Part shown: positions 1-13,838 of the stretch, in pieces | Numbering within the stretch: the stretch's first letter is position 1 | How the letters are laid out: each line of letters starts with the position of its first letter | NCBI RefSeq assembly: GCF_009914755.1 | Contig: NC_060931.1 | Source of the DNA: the human T2T-CHM13v2.0 reference genome, Homo sapiens | Length of the DNA stretch: 64,000 nt | Reading direction: 5' to 3' (one strand) | Position numbers and translations under genes: made by a program | The notes under the pieces: model-generated | Seen by the model: only the letters and a program-made list of their open reading frames with translations | Databases searched by the model: none | What the model was told of the DNA's origin: nothing

Positions 1-1064
1 CTGGTAGAATACAACTATGAATATATCTGGTCCAGGACTTTTCTTAGTTGGTAGGTTTCTTATTACTGTTTTAGAGCTTATTTCTCTGATCAGGTTCTCA
101 ATTTCTTCCTGGTTTAATCTTGGGAGATTGTGTGTTTCCGGCAACTTATCAATTTCCTCTAGATTTTCTAGTTTGTGTGCATAAAACTGTTCGTAATAGT
201 CTCTGAAGATATTTTGTATTTCTGTGGGATTAGCTGTAATGTCAACTCTGTCATTTCTCATTGTGCTTATTTGGATCTTCTTTCTTTTTTTCTTTGATAA
301 TAGCTAACAGTCTGTCAATCTTGTTTATCCTTTCAAAGAAATGATGTTTGGTTTTATTGATCCTTTGAGTAGGTTTTTGTGTCTCAGTTTTGTTCAGTTC
401 TGCTCTGATTTCAGTTATTTCTTTTCTTCTTCTAGCTCTGGGGTTAATTTATTTTTGTTATTTTAGTTCCTCTAGGTGCGACGTCAGAGTGTTGATTTAA
501 GATCTTTCTAACTTCTTGATGTAAACATTTAGTGATAAAAACTTTTAACACTATTTTTGCTGCATCCCAGAGATTTTGGTATGTTGTATCTCTTTTTCAT
601 TTATTTTAAAGAATTTTTAAATTTCTGTCTTAACTTCATTGTTTACTTAAAAGTTATTCAGGTGTAAGTTGTTTGGTGCCAATGTGATTGTGTGATTTTG
701 AGAGATTTTCTTGCTATTCACTTCAATTTTTCTTCCACTGTGGTCCACATATATGCTTGGTATGATTTCAGGTTTTTAGAAATTTGTTTGGACTTGCTTT
801 ATGGCCAAGCATGTGGTCAAACTTAGAATATGTTCAGTGTGCCAATGAAAATAAAGTATATTGTGTGGTTGATGGGTATTCTTTAGATGTCTATTAGGTC
901 CAATTGGACAAGTCAAATTTACATCCAGAATTTGTTAAGTTTTCTGCATTAATGATCCATCTAATGCCGTTAATGGGGTATTGAAGTCCACTACTATTAT
1001 TGTGTGGTTAAGTCTTTTGTAGGTCTAGAAGTACTTGCTTTATGAATCTGGGTGCTCCAATGTC

Positions 1065-1122
1065 AGTGTGTGTGTGTGTATGTGTGTGTGCATGTGTTTG
1101 TGTATGTGTGTGTGTGTGTGTA
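1065..1122. repeat. Imperfect (TG)n microsatellite
   Basis: Directly visible TG run with TA/CA interruptions inside the L1. Confidence 0.95.
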
Positions 1123-2607
1123 TATGACAGTTAAGTCTTTTTGTTGTATTGAACTCTTTATCATTATGTAATGACCGTAATGACCTTCTTTGTCCTTTTT
1201 TAGTGTTGTTTCTTTAAAGTATGCTTTATCCGATATAAGAATAGGACCCCCTGCTCTTTTTTGTTTTTAGTTTGCATGGTAAATCTTTCTTCATGTCTTT
1301 ACTTTGAGCCTGTGGGTTTCATTATGTGTGAGATGGTTCTCTTGAAGATAGCAAGTGGTTGGGTCTTGTTCTATTAGCCACCTTGCCTCTCTGTGTTTTT
1401 TAAGTGGGGCATTTAGACCGTTTACATTCATGGTTAATATCGCTATGTGATGTTTTGATCCTATCCTGGTGCTGTTAGCTGGTTGCTTTGTAGTCTTGAT
1501 TTTTTAGTCTCGATAGGGTCTGCAGGCTATGTATTTAAGTGTGTTTTTGTGGTAGTACATATTGTTATTTCATTTCTGTGTCTACAACTCCCTCAAGGAT
1601 CTCTTGCAAGGCTGGTCTATTGGTAATGAATTTTCACAGTGATTGCTTGTCTGGAAAATATTATACATTTCCTTTTCTTATGAAGCTTGGTTTGGTGGGA
1701 TATTAAATTCTTGACTGGTATTTCTTTTCTTTAAGAATGCTGAAAATATGTTCCCAGTCTTCTCTGGTGTGTATAGTTTCTGTTGGGAAGTCTACTGTTA
1801 GCCTGATAGGATCCCCTTTGTAAGTGATATGACCCTTTTCTGTAGCTACCTTTGAGATTTTTTCTTTCACGTTGACCTGGCAAGTCTGAAGATTCTGTGT
1901 CTTGGGGGTGGTCATCTTGTATAGTATCTCATAGAGGTTCTCTGAATTTTTTTGAATTTGTTTGCCAACCTATCTAGTGAGATCAGGGAAATTTTTCAGT
2001 TCCAGAAGTTCACTTTAGTTCTTTCTTAAAATGACTATGTTGTCATTCAACTCTTAGATCATTTCACTGGCTTCCTTGAAATGGATTTCAACTTTCTTTT
2101 CAATCTTGCCATCTAGATTTTGAATTCTATGTATGTCACTTCTGATATTTCACTCTGGTTAGGATTCATTGCTGGGGAGCTAGTGTGATCCTTTAGAGGT
2201 AAGGAAATTCTCTGAGTTTTTGAATTGCTAGAGTTCTTGTGCTAATTTTATCTCATCTGAGGGGGCTAGTGTTTCTTTTTCTTTTATAAACTGCTCACAT
2301 TTGGATGGGGCTTGTTTTCATTTTCGTTTTTTTAATCCCTTGAGGGTTTGACTGTTGTGTATGTTGTGTATAGTTGGTTGGCTTTGTTTTTGTGTCTTTT
2401 CAGAGGGCCAAGGTTCTGTAGGGGTTCCTTAGTTTGGGCTAGTTTCCTCATTGGGTTTCACAGGCATTGTGTGCTAAAGGAATTTATTTTTGTTTGGTGG
2501 TGTAATTCAGGCTGTGATGCAGTAGATGGCATTTAAGAGTAAGGGCTGGCAGATATGCTTACTCAGCTATAAGCCTCCTTTGTATTTCAGTGCCTTCATA
2601 GTGCTTT

Positions 2608-2698
2608 GGGGGAGGGAGAGATGTGGTGGTAGGGGAGATGTGGTGAGGGGAGATGTGGTTGGGGGAGATGTGGTAGGGGGGAGATGTTGTTGGGGGGT
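2608..2698 (+). repeat. G-rich ~15-nt tandem repeat (GGGGAGATGTGGT-like, about 5 copies)
   Basis: Repeated GGAGATGTGGT core separated by G-runs, inside the L1 5' region. Confidence 0.9.
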
Positions 2699-5600
2699 AG
2701 AAGATTACCCCCTCACTAAGTCTGTTCCTAGGTTTTGGGGGAACCCCTCCTATCATGGATGTCCTGCCTATGTTTCCTTAGCCCTAAGGGGGACTCTGGT
2801 TGGCTGCATAAAAGGTCCCCTCCTTTAGGGACCTCTCAAGCTGAAGCTTAGATCACCAGAGACTCACAACTTCCTGGGGACCCACTGGTCCTCTGAGCTT
2901 GGCAGAGTCAGAGTAGGTTGTGGGATATGTCTTTGGTGTTCTGGTGATTAACTGGGTCAAGGGCATAGGATCCCCAGGCAGTGTGTTGGTGCCACGGATT
3001 TATAGCTCGTGTGGTGCCTGCAGCCCAGGGTTTTTAGCCTGGCAAATGGCTGTGGGATCCCCCAAACAGATCTCCCTCCAGTGTCTGCCCCAGGAACAGA
3101 CCTAACCAGCTAGATTTGTTCCAAGCTTTCTGTGCTGAAATTGCGGGGCTGTCCCAAGTGTTCCAGGCCATGGGGCTCCCTCAAGCAGAAGGTACGACTG
3201 GTCAACAGACTGAACCCTTCCCAGGCTGGTCTTGTGGAAGGAAGGATGCCCAGCTCCCTTGGCAGCACATGAACTCACGCCTCCCTGTTTGTGTTCTGAG
3301 TGGGGGCTCCCTCCTCACTAGAGCTGTAACCACAGATCCCAGTTCTGGAACCCTGGACAGTGTACTCCAACCCTGGGAGGTTGGGACTGGGCCTGCAGCT
3401 TTGTCCTCTGGCCCCATAGGGTTGAACACCAGCTGTGCTGGGGAAGCTAAACTGCTCCCAGGTCACTGGCAAAACACTCAGGCGGGGCAGTGCAGGCTGT
3501 GCTCTGTGCACCCTCTTACAGGAATGGCGAGGCAGGTGGCTTTGAGAGGAGCTGGAAGACAAGGGGGCATGTGGATCAGCCTTGCCCAATCCCATGAGAA
3601 AGGGAGCACTACTTTCTCCTGGCTCTGCAGTCAGTAGGGGCTCCAGTCACTCAGAGCAAGATGGAGAGACTTAGGGGATGGGAACCTATGGTTGCCTTTT
3701 GCTGTAGCTGTCTCATGTTCCATGAACCCTTCTGAGCTCTGCACAGGTTTGAGCTCTGCCTCTGCATACTCTGTGGGCAATTCCTTTGCCAACTCAAATG
3801 TCTGTGTGGGTTGTGGGATCTTTTATAGTTAGGATCCCCGAGGTGTGGTGTTCTGTAGTTCCTTCACTCCCCCCTTGCTTTGGCTCTGTTCAGGACCGAG
3901 AGCTGGTCCTTGTGCTAAGAGATTCTATGCAGGCTTTCCAACTTCCTTTTCAACCTTGGTGTCTGCATCACCTCTCTCTCAACTTTCAGTGTTTTCTCTC
4001 AAACAATCTGTTTGAAATGTGATGGTTTACTTGATATTTTGGTTTCTCTTGAAGGGAGATGTGTTTCCTGGCTATATCTAATTGGCCATCTTGTCCCCTG
4101 CCTCCTAAAAACGTTCCTAGAATTGGACTCTGCAGACACTGTCCCAGTAGCAGCCCAGCTCCACTTCCTCCTTCCAGTGTTATTTTGTAATGAGATACTT
4201 TGAGACTAAGTATCATAGACTAAAAATCATCATAAAAGATGATTTTTAAAGTTAGAAAGTTTTATTAAGGAACAAAAAATTTTAATATTTTTTAGGAATT
4301 TGTATTTTGATGAAAAGAATTATGTTTACATATTTTTTCTTCTTTTTTTTTAATGGTATTTTAAAGAGAGTTTGTCCTATGAGGCATCACTGGGTAGGGA
4401 AGAGATTAACACCTTTCTTAACCCCTTGCTTCCATTAGCAGGGAGAAAAATATCAAGAGCCAAACAGTAGAGATTTCTGGTTATTAAAAACCAGATTTCT
4501 GGTTATATAAAATTATAATTTTACAATTAAAATATTAAGAAGATAATTTCATTTTTCTTTTACAAACAATACTGGTAGTTTAAATGCTTTTAACATAAAA
4601 TAATTATGAAATCACTTTATTTTTTCAAAAGAGATGTTTTCATTTTAAGAATTAAATTTAAATGGATCACATTTATCTTACTTTGGATAATTGAAAGGAA
4701 ACAAAGACTTTCAAACTTTCAAGTTTGAGAAATTAATCTACCTGAGTTATGATTCTGTCGTATTTCTGGATGTAGGAGTGCCATTGATCCTCTTGATTTT
4801 TGCAAAGGAAGCTTTCAGTTGTCTTTAATAACCTTAATTTAATACCTTTAATTTTAATTAAATATTACTGGAGCAACAAAATAATTATGGCCACTGATCA
4901 GAATTAGACTATTTTCTTGAGTTGAGAGGTTAAAGATTTACTTTCATATAGTATGGCTTCAATTTTTAGATAGGCATAAGGCATAAATTGGTGTCTTCTA
5001 AGATTCTTTCATACAAAAACCACTTTCAAGGATACTGAACAGGAGCATAAGATACATTTCTTTGTGAATGTTCACAATTCACTACTTTATCAGAATCAGC
5101 TTTAAGAAATGCAGAACAGTGTGGATATTTTTGCAGCTATAGTGAAAGAGTGAATATGTTTTATCCTTATCTTGCTGAGATTTTTAAAAAATCAACTGTC
5201 AAGAAGGCCTATAATCAAAGTTGGGCATTGAAATTTCCTTTGTTACTCCTGAGAAGATAAAAGTAGCCCTCAGAAAATTAAAATTGTAAAGGAAAAGGCC
5301 AGAGAAGGAATACTGATAGGTAGAATATGAGGCATGTAATATTTGCTTCTACATTGTGTTGATTTTTTTTCCTGGGCAATTTAAATCCTGAGTCACTTAG
5401 TTTTATGTATTTCTTGATGATTAGATGTATTTTGAATTACTATTAAAATGCTTTTTGATTATGTCGTTGAATACTCATAAAATATATACATTTTGTAGTT
5501 TGGGCAACAGAGTACAAGTTAGTGTGGAGTATTACAGGAGCATTCTAAAGCTGTCTTGAAAATCAGGACTGTGCTCTACACTTTCCAGTTGTGAGGTCTT

Positions 5601-6065
5601 AATGTTTCTTCATCTATATAACAGAGATAACATACTCACTTTGTGAACCATTATGAGTATTAATGGTGTTAAGTATATAAAAAAGAAGGCATTCAAAGGT
5701 TTATTCCTCTGCTTTTATATATGGGAACCTTAAAATCTCCTTTATAAATTCACTCAGGGAGATAAGTAGAAAATTAAAATCTTTTGTCAAAATGCTACGG
5801 ATCAAACAATGAGTTTTGACTCTATCATATTATCCCCAAGTTCCAAGAAACTCACTTTTGAGTTCTGATTTCCAAACGGCAATGGGATTAATCTTTTAAA
5901 TAATAGTATTTGTATGTACCATGCCTGTAAGACATATGTGTTTGCTTAACAGGTATCACTTGTAACTGTAATTCTTTTTGTCAGTCATATGTTTGATGCA
6001 ATACTAATTTAAAGTATTTTAAAAGGCATTGACAAAGGTATATTTGAATGATTAAGATTATGGTG

Positions 6066-6318
6066 GGCCAAGCACAGTGGCTCATGCCAGTAATCCCAGA
6101 GCTTTGAGAGGCCAAGGCGAGAGAATCACTTGAGGCCTGCAGTTCAAGACCAGCCTGGAAAACACAGCAAGACCCCCATCTCTACAAAATACGAAAAATT
6201 AGTTGGGTGTGGTGCTGTGTGCCTGTAGTCCTAGTTTTTTGGGAGGAACTATGATGGCATAAGTGCATTCCAGTCTGGGAAACAGAGTGAGACACTGTGT
6301 CCAAAACAAAGAGAAAAA
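6066..6318 (+). mobile_element. AluJ-like SINE with right-arm deletion
   Basis: Alu left arm, A-rich linker, shortened right arm; flanking TSD AAGATT(A/T)TGGTG. Confidence 0.85.
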
Positions 6319-6630
6319 GATTTTGGTGGTTAGAATATTTAAGTATTGAATCATTTCAATCTTCTACTATTATGATTAGTAATAATAGTATAATTTCATT
6401 GGGAGACACAGGATTATTCTAGGTTTTGGTTCTTATGGTTTTATGGAAATCTGTGTACAGCTTGACTTTAGTTGGCTCCAGTAACTGTTTTAACTCTTAT
6501 TTATATATTAAATTTTATTCAATAAAAGAAATATAAACAAGCTTAAAGTACCAATTGTACTTTGGATCAGTATATGGAAAGTTTGTTAAAAGATTAAAAA
6601 ATGTATTTGTTTATGGCCTTTTCAAAACTT

Positions 6631-6728
6631 TTTTTTTTTTTTTTTCTTTTCTTTTTTTATTATACTTTAGGTTTTAGTAGGGTACATGTGCACATTGTGC
6701 AGGTTAGTTACATATGTATACATGTGCC
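6631..6728 (-). mobile_element. Extremely 5'-truncated young L1 (L1PA2/L1PA3/L1HS-like 3' tip plus poly(A))
   Basis: Reverse complement GGCACATGTATACATATGTAACTAACCTGCACAATGTGCACATGTACCCTA...AAAGTATAAT-poly(A); perfect 15-bp TSD GCCTTTTCAAAACTT at 6616-6630 and 6726-6740. Confidence 0.92.
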
Positions 6729-9700
6729 TTTTCAAAACTTATTGTCATAATTATTTATGCTAATTGGTGGAAAAACTTCAGTTTTGAATTTAGTATTTTT
6801 CAGTAAACATATATTTAAATGTATACTTTGTACCTGAGATTGCCCAAGTAGTTGAGAATATCGACAATAATAAGGCATGTTCTCTTTTTACATGGGATTC
6901 AAAATCTCCTGAAGTAGTTAGATTTAACATCAATCACATTGTTACTTGAAGGGTGCCATATATAAGAGAGGGGTTTTGTCAACATCTAGAGGTACAGACT
7001 GTCAGATAGATGATCTATTGTACAAATGATTCTTTGTAAAACATGCATTCCAACCTCAGGAATAAATAGCCACGGAACAGCTTGCAAAGCTTGAACACAT
7101 TTGTCATATTTAACACCAATAATTGTTTTCTATTTTGTTTTCCTAGTTAGCTGATGAATGTTTTTTCTCTTTATGGTTTGAAAGATTATGGCAACAGTAA
7201 CCTGTCCTATATGGTTTCCTAGTAAAGAAACTGAAGTGTCACTCATAGTGAAATATAAGTAAAGAATAATTCATTGTTAAAACTAGGCCATTGTTACAGT
7301 TGAAAAGCCAATTTAGTGTAGTTCGTAGTGAGTACTGATGGCATGATCTATCAGCCTACAAACCATAAGTCAGTGATACTATGCCATTCTGATGCACAAG
7401 TTTAAGATGAGTGGTATGAATCCTAACAAGAGTGCAATGATGACATTATAACGGACAGATTATGACAGTTCCTACTCATCTGGTCATGTATACATTTTGG
7501 CAGGTAATAATTCTAATTAAAATTTAAAATTAAAATCATGTTAATATGTATTATATAATCTACTGCCCATATATGGATGAAAAATCAAGAAAATGTATCC
7601 AGAAGAGAAAAATGCCAAGCCCCAGAAGGATAAACCATGTTCTATTGCACTTCCTTGGGTATTAATCGGAAATTAGATATTACAACAGGAAAGAGTAGTA
7701 ATTTGATATTGATAGTATTTCCTCTGCCTGAAGAAAGAGCAAGAACGACTTTGTATTGTGGTTTGAGTGCCAGCTTACCCTCAGTATAACAGAACATAAA
7801 GTAAATTATTAAAGTTTTTGACTGCCACCCTTGGCCCCTAGACAGCATCTCTGGACCCACCCAGGGCCTGGGCAACTCACTGCCCTGAAGGGAAGGACAC
7901 AAGCCTGGCTGGCTTCACTATCTGCTGATCCTGGAACCCTAGGGCCTTGAGTGAACATAGGTGGTAGTCTGGTAGTGGTTGCAGCAGTGCTTGGGTGAGA
8001 CCCAGTGCTGTCCTAGCTTCAGGTATGACCTAGTGCAGTCCCAGTGATGGTGGCCATAGGAGGGCTTACATCACCACACCCCCAGTTCCAGGTGGCTGAA
8101 CACAGAGAGACACCCTGTTTGTTTGGGAGAAAGTAAGGGAAAAGGACAATAGTCTTTTCCTGGTAATCCAGAGAATTCTTCCAGATCTTATCCAAGACCA
8201 CTAAGGCAGTACCTCTACGAGTCTGCAAAAACCACAGTGTTATTGGGCTTGGGGCCAACTCCCATTGACTACCTGGAAAGCCTTCTCAAAAAGAATGGGC
8301 ACAAACATGTCCAGACTGCAAAGACTACAATAAATAGTTAACTCTTCAATGCCCCAAGACTGACAAATGTCTACAAACATCAGACCATCCAGGAAAACAT
8401 GGCTTCACCAAATGACCTAAATAAATCAACTTGGAGTCCTGGAGAAATAGGGATATGTGAACTTAGAGAGAGAATTCAAAATAGCTGTTTTGAGGAAACT
8501 AAAAGAAATTAAAATAATACAGGTAAGTAATTTGGAATTCTATCATAAATTTAACAAAGAGATTGAAATAATTAAAAAGAGTCAAACAGAAATTCCACAG
8601 CTGAAAAATGCAATTGATATACTGAAGAATGCATCAGAGTCCCTTAATAGCAGAATTGATCAAGCAGAAGAAAGAATTAGTGAACTCAAAGACAGGCTAT
8701 TTGAAAATTCAGAGTCAGAGGAGACAAAAAAAATAGAAAAAGAATAAAGCACACCTGCAAGATTTAGCAAATAGCCTCAAAAGAGCAAATCTAAGTCATT
8801 CACCTTGAAGAGGAGGTAGACAGAGAGATTGGGTTAGAAAGTTTATTTAAAGGGATAATAACAGAGAACATCCCAAACCTGGAGAAAAATATCAGTATTC
8901 AAATACAGGAAGGTTATAGAACACCAGGCAGATTTAACCCAAAGAAGACTACCTTGAAGCATTTAATAAACTTGCAGAGGTCAAGGATAAAGAAAGGGTC
9001 CTAAAAGCAGCAAGAGAAAAGGAACAAATAACATCCAAAGAGCTCCAATATGTCTGGCAGCAGACTTCTCAGTGGAAATCTTACAGGTCCGAAGAGAGTG
9101 GCATCACATATTTAAAGTACTGAAAGAAAAAAAATTATCCTTAAATAGTATATCCAATGAAAATATCCTTCAAACATGAAGGAGAAATAGACTTTCCCAG
9201 ACACACAAAAGCTGAGGGATTTCATCAACATCAGACCTGTCCTACCACAAATGCTGGAGGGAGATCTTCAATCTTCATGAAAAGGATGTTAATGAGTAAG
9301 AAGAAATTATCAGAAGGTATAAAACTCACTGGTAATAGCCACAGAAAAACAGACTATTATAGTACTATAACTGTGGTATGCAAACCACTCTTAAGTAAAA
9401 AGACTAAATGATGAACCAATAAAAAATAACTACAAGAATTTTTCAAGACATAGTACAGTAAGACATAAAGAGAAACAAAAATGTAAAAAGCAGGGGGATA
9501 AAGTTAAAGTGTAGAGTGTTTATTAGTTTTTGCTTGTGTGTGTGTGTGTTTATGTAATGAATGTCATCAGTTTAAAATAATGGGTTATAAGACAGAATTT
9601 GGAAGCCTGATGGTAACTACAAATTGAAAAACATAAAACAGATACACAAAAAATAAAATGCAAGAAATCAAACCATAACACCAGAGAAAATCACTTTCAC

Positions 9701-12079
9701 AAAAAGGAATACAGGAATGATGGAAAGAAGAAAGAAAAGACCACAAAGCAACCAGAAAACAACAAAATGATAGGAGTAATCCCCTTCTTATAGATAACAA
9801 CATTGAATGTAAAGAGACTAAACTCTCCAACGAAAAGACATAGAGTCACTTAATGGATGAAAAAGCAAGACCCAAAGATCTGTTATCTATAAGAAACACA
9901 CTTTACCTATAAAGATACACACAGAATGAAAATTAAGGGATGGAAAGAGATAGTCCAAGCAAATGGAAACTGAAAAAAGATCAGGAGTAGCTATACTTAT
10001 ATCAGACAAAATAGACTCCAATCCAAACTATAAGAAGAGAGAAAGAAAGTCCTTAATGATAAAGGGACCAATTCAGTAGGGGGCTATAATATTTGTAAAT
10101 ATACATGCAGCCAACACTGGAGCACTCAGATATGTAAAGCAAATATTATTAGAGCTAAACAGAGAGATAGATCTGAATACAATAATAGCTGGAGACTTTA
10201 ACACCCCACCTTCAGCATTGGACAGATCTTTCAGATACAAAATCAACAAAGAAACATTGGATGTAATCTGCACTATAGACCAAATGGATCTCATAGATAT
10301 TTACAGAACATTTCATCCAATGGCTAGAGAATACATGTTCTTTTCCTTAGCACATGGATGATTCTCAAGGATACACCCTATGTTAAGTCACAAAACAAGT
10401 CTTAAAACATTCAAAAAAATTGAAATAATATCAAGCATCTTCTCTAACCACAATGGAATATAACTAGAAATCAATAATGAGAAATTTTTGCAAACTGTAC
10501 AAACACATGGAAATTGATATACTCCTGAATGACCAGTGGGTCAGGAAGTAATTAAGAAGGAAATGAAAAAGTTTATTGAAACAAATGTTAATGGAAGCAG
10601 AACATATCAAAACCTATGGGATACACTGAAAGCAGTCCTACGAGGGAACTTCATACCTATAAGTTCCTATATCAAAAAAGAAGAAAAACTTCAAATAAAT
10701 AACCTAATGATGCATCTTAAAGAACTAGAAAGGCAAAAGCAAGCCAAAATTGATGGAAGAAAAGAAATAATAAAGTGCAGAATAAATGAAATTGAAATGA
10801 AATGAAAACTATACAAAAGACTGATGAAAGAAAAAGTTGTTTTGAAAAGATAAACAAAATGGACAAACCCTTGCCGGACTAATGAAGAAAAAAGGGAGAA
10901 GACCCAAATAAATAAAATCAGAGATTAAAAAGAGAAGACATTACAACTGATTCTGCAGAAATTCAAAGGATCATTAGTGGCTACTATTAACAACTCTACG
11001 TCAATAAATTGGAAAATCTAGAGGAAATGGATAAATTCCTAGTCACTTACAACCTACCATTATTGAACCATGAAGAAATCCAAAACCTGAACAGATCAAT
11101 AACTAGTAATGAGATTTAAACCATAATAAAAAGCATCATAGTAAGGAAAACCCAAGGACCCAATGGCTTCACTGCTAAATTCCACCAAACATTTAAAGAA
11201 GAAGTAATACCAATCCTACTCAACTAAAAATATAGAGGAGGAATGAATACTTCCAAATTCATTCTGTGATACCAGAACCAGACAAAGATATATCAAAAAA
11301 AGAAAACTACAGGCCAATGTCTCTGAAGAACATTGATGCAGAAATCCTCAAAAGTATACTAGCAAACCAAATTCAACAATACACTAAAAATATCATTCAT
11401 CATGACCAAGTGGGATTTATCTCAGGGATATAAGGATGGTTCAACATATGCAAAGCAATCAGTGTGATACATCATATCAACAGAATGAAGGATTAAAAAC
11501 CATATGATCATTTCAATCATTGCTGAAAAAGCATTTGATAACATTCAACATTCCTTCATGATTTAAAAAAACACTCAAAAAACTGAGTTTTTTTTGAGAA
11601 GGAACATACCTCAAAATAATAAAAGCTATATACAACATATCCACAGCTAGTATACTGAATGGGGAAAAAGTGAAAACCTTTCCTGTAAGATCTGGAGCAC
11701 ACATGAATATTTACTTCCACTGCTGTCATTCAGTAATAGTACTGGAAGTCCTAGCTAGAGCAATCAGAGAAGGGAAAGAAACAAAGGTCATCCAAGTTGG
11801 AAAGAAAAAGGTCCAATTATCCTTGTTTGCAGATGATATGATCTTATATTTGGAAAAACTAAAGACTCCACCAAAAAACTATTAAAACTGATAAACAAAT
11901 TCAGTAAAGTTGCAGGATACAAAATCAACATACAAAAATTAGGAGCATTTCTATATGCCAACAATGAATTATCTAAAAATGAAATAAAGAAATGTAATCC
12001 CATTTACAATAGCCATAAATTAAATACCTAGGAATTACTCAAGGAAGTGAAAGTTCTCTACAATAAAAACTGTAAAACA

Positions 12080-12381
12080 GGCCAGACGCAGTGGCTCACG
12101 CCTGTAATCCCAGCACTTTGGGAGGCCGAGGTGGGCGGATCACAAGGTCAAGAGATCAAGATCATCCTGGCCAACATGGTAAAACCCCATCTCTACTAAA
12201 AATACAAAAATTAGCTGGGTGTGGTGGCACATGCCTGTAGTCCTAGCTATTCAGGAGGCTGAAGCAGGAGAATTGCTTGAACCCAGGAGGCGGAGGTTTC
12301 AGTGAGCTGAGATCATGCCACTGCACTCCAGCCTGATGACAGAGCCAGACTCTGTCTAAAAAACAAAACAGAACAAAAAAA
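12080..12381 (+). mobile_element. AluSc-like SINE inserted in L1
   Basis: Full dimer, GGTCAAGAGATC diagnostic, TSD AAA(A/C)CTGTAAAACA. Confidence 0.92.
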
Positions 12382-13520
12382 CCTGTAAAACACTAATGAA
12401 AGAAATTGAAGAGGACACCAAAAAATAGAAAGATATTCCATGTTCATGGATTAGGATAATCAATATTATTAAAATGTCCATTGTACCCAAAGAAATCTAC
12501 AGATTCAATGCAATTCCTGTCAAAATACCAATGAGAGTCTTTATAGAAACAAAAAAAAAAAAAACCTAACATTTTTATGGAACCACAAAAAACCCAGAAT
12601 AGCTAAAGCTATCTTGAACAAAAAGAACACTGAAAGAATCACATTACCTGACCAGATTATACTACAGAGCTATCATAACCAAAAAAGCATGGTATTGACA
12701 TTAAAAAAGTGTAGACCAGTGGAATATAATAGACAACCAAGAAACAAATCCACATACCTACAGTGATCTATTTTTGACAAAGTTGCCAAATAAATACACT
12801 GGGGAAAAAGACAGTGTTTTCTATAAATAAACCAGATATCCGTATACTGAAGAATGAAACTAGACCTGTATCTCTCACCATATACAAAAATCAAATCAAA
12901 ATCAGTCAAAGACTTAAATAACTAAGACCTCAAACTATGAAGCTACTACAGGAAAACTTTGAAGACACTTTCTAGGACATTGGTCTGGGCAAAAACTTCT
13001 TGAATAATAGTGTCCCACAAGCATAGGCAACCAAAGCAAAAATGGACAAATGAGATCACATCAAGTTAAAAAGCCTCTGCATAGCAAAGAAAACAATCAA
13101 CAAAGTAAAGACACAACCCCACATAGTGGGAGAAAATATTTGCAAACTATCCATCTGACAAAGGATTAATAATCAGAATATAAGGAATTCAAACAACTCA
13201 ATAGGAAAAAAATCAAATTATCTGATTAAAAAGTGGGCAAAAGATTTGAATTGATATTTCTCAAAAGAAGACAAACAAATGGCAAACAGGCATATGAAAA
13301 GGTGCTCAACATCACTGATCATCAGAGAAATGCAGATCAAAATTACAATGAGATATCATCTCACCCCAGTTAAAATGGCTTCTATCCAAAAGATAGGCAA
13401 TAACAAATGCTGGCAAAGATGTGGAGTAAACTAAACCCTTGTACACTGTTGGTGGGAATGTAAATTAGTACAACCACTATGAAGAACAGTTTGGAGGTTC
13501 CTCAAGAAATTAAAAATAAT

Positions 13521-13838
13521 GGCTGGGCATGGTGGCTCAAGCCTGTAATCCCAACACTTTAGGAGTCCAAGGCAAGTGGATCACCTGAGGTCAGGAGTTT
13601 GAGACCAGCCTGGCCAACACGGGGAAACCCCGTCTCTACTAAAAATACAAAAAAAAAAAAAAAAATAGCCAGGCATGGTGGCGGACGCCTGTAGTCCCAG
13701 CTACTCGGGAGGCTGAGGTAGGGAGAATTGCTTGAACTTGGGAGGTAGAGGTTGCAGTGAGCCAAGATCATGCCACTGCACTCCAGCCTGAGCGTCAAGA
13801 GTGAGACTTTGTCTACAAAACACTAAATAAATAAAAAT
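13521..13838 (+). mobile_element. AluS SINE inserted in L1
   Basis: Full dimer with A-rich linker and tail; TSD AAAATAAT-like. Confidence 0.92.

Larger units (their letters stand above)
1..4105 (-). mobile_element. Old primate LINE-1 (L1PA13-16/L1PB-like): 5' UTR, decayed ORF1 and start of ORF2, running off the window start
   Basis: Minus-strand ORF 1703-1915 (KEKISKVATEKGHITYKGDPIRLTVDF) is L1 ORF1p-like; 1-1000 is antisense ORF2 endonuclease sequence; the reverse complement near 4100 reads GGACAAGATGGCCAATTAG, a typical L1 5' start. Subfamily is approximate. Confidence 0.85.

Noticed and set aside
3116-3637. 173-aa ORF and overlapping antisense ORFs
   Set aside because: Chance open frames in the GC-richer 5' UTR of a decayed L1.
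7150-7720. Unique-looking stretch ending in CAG/GTAATA as an extra RUNDC3B exon
   Set aside because: No open frame matching RUNDC3B; origin unresolved, possibly an old transposon remnant.
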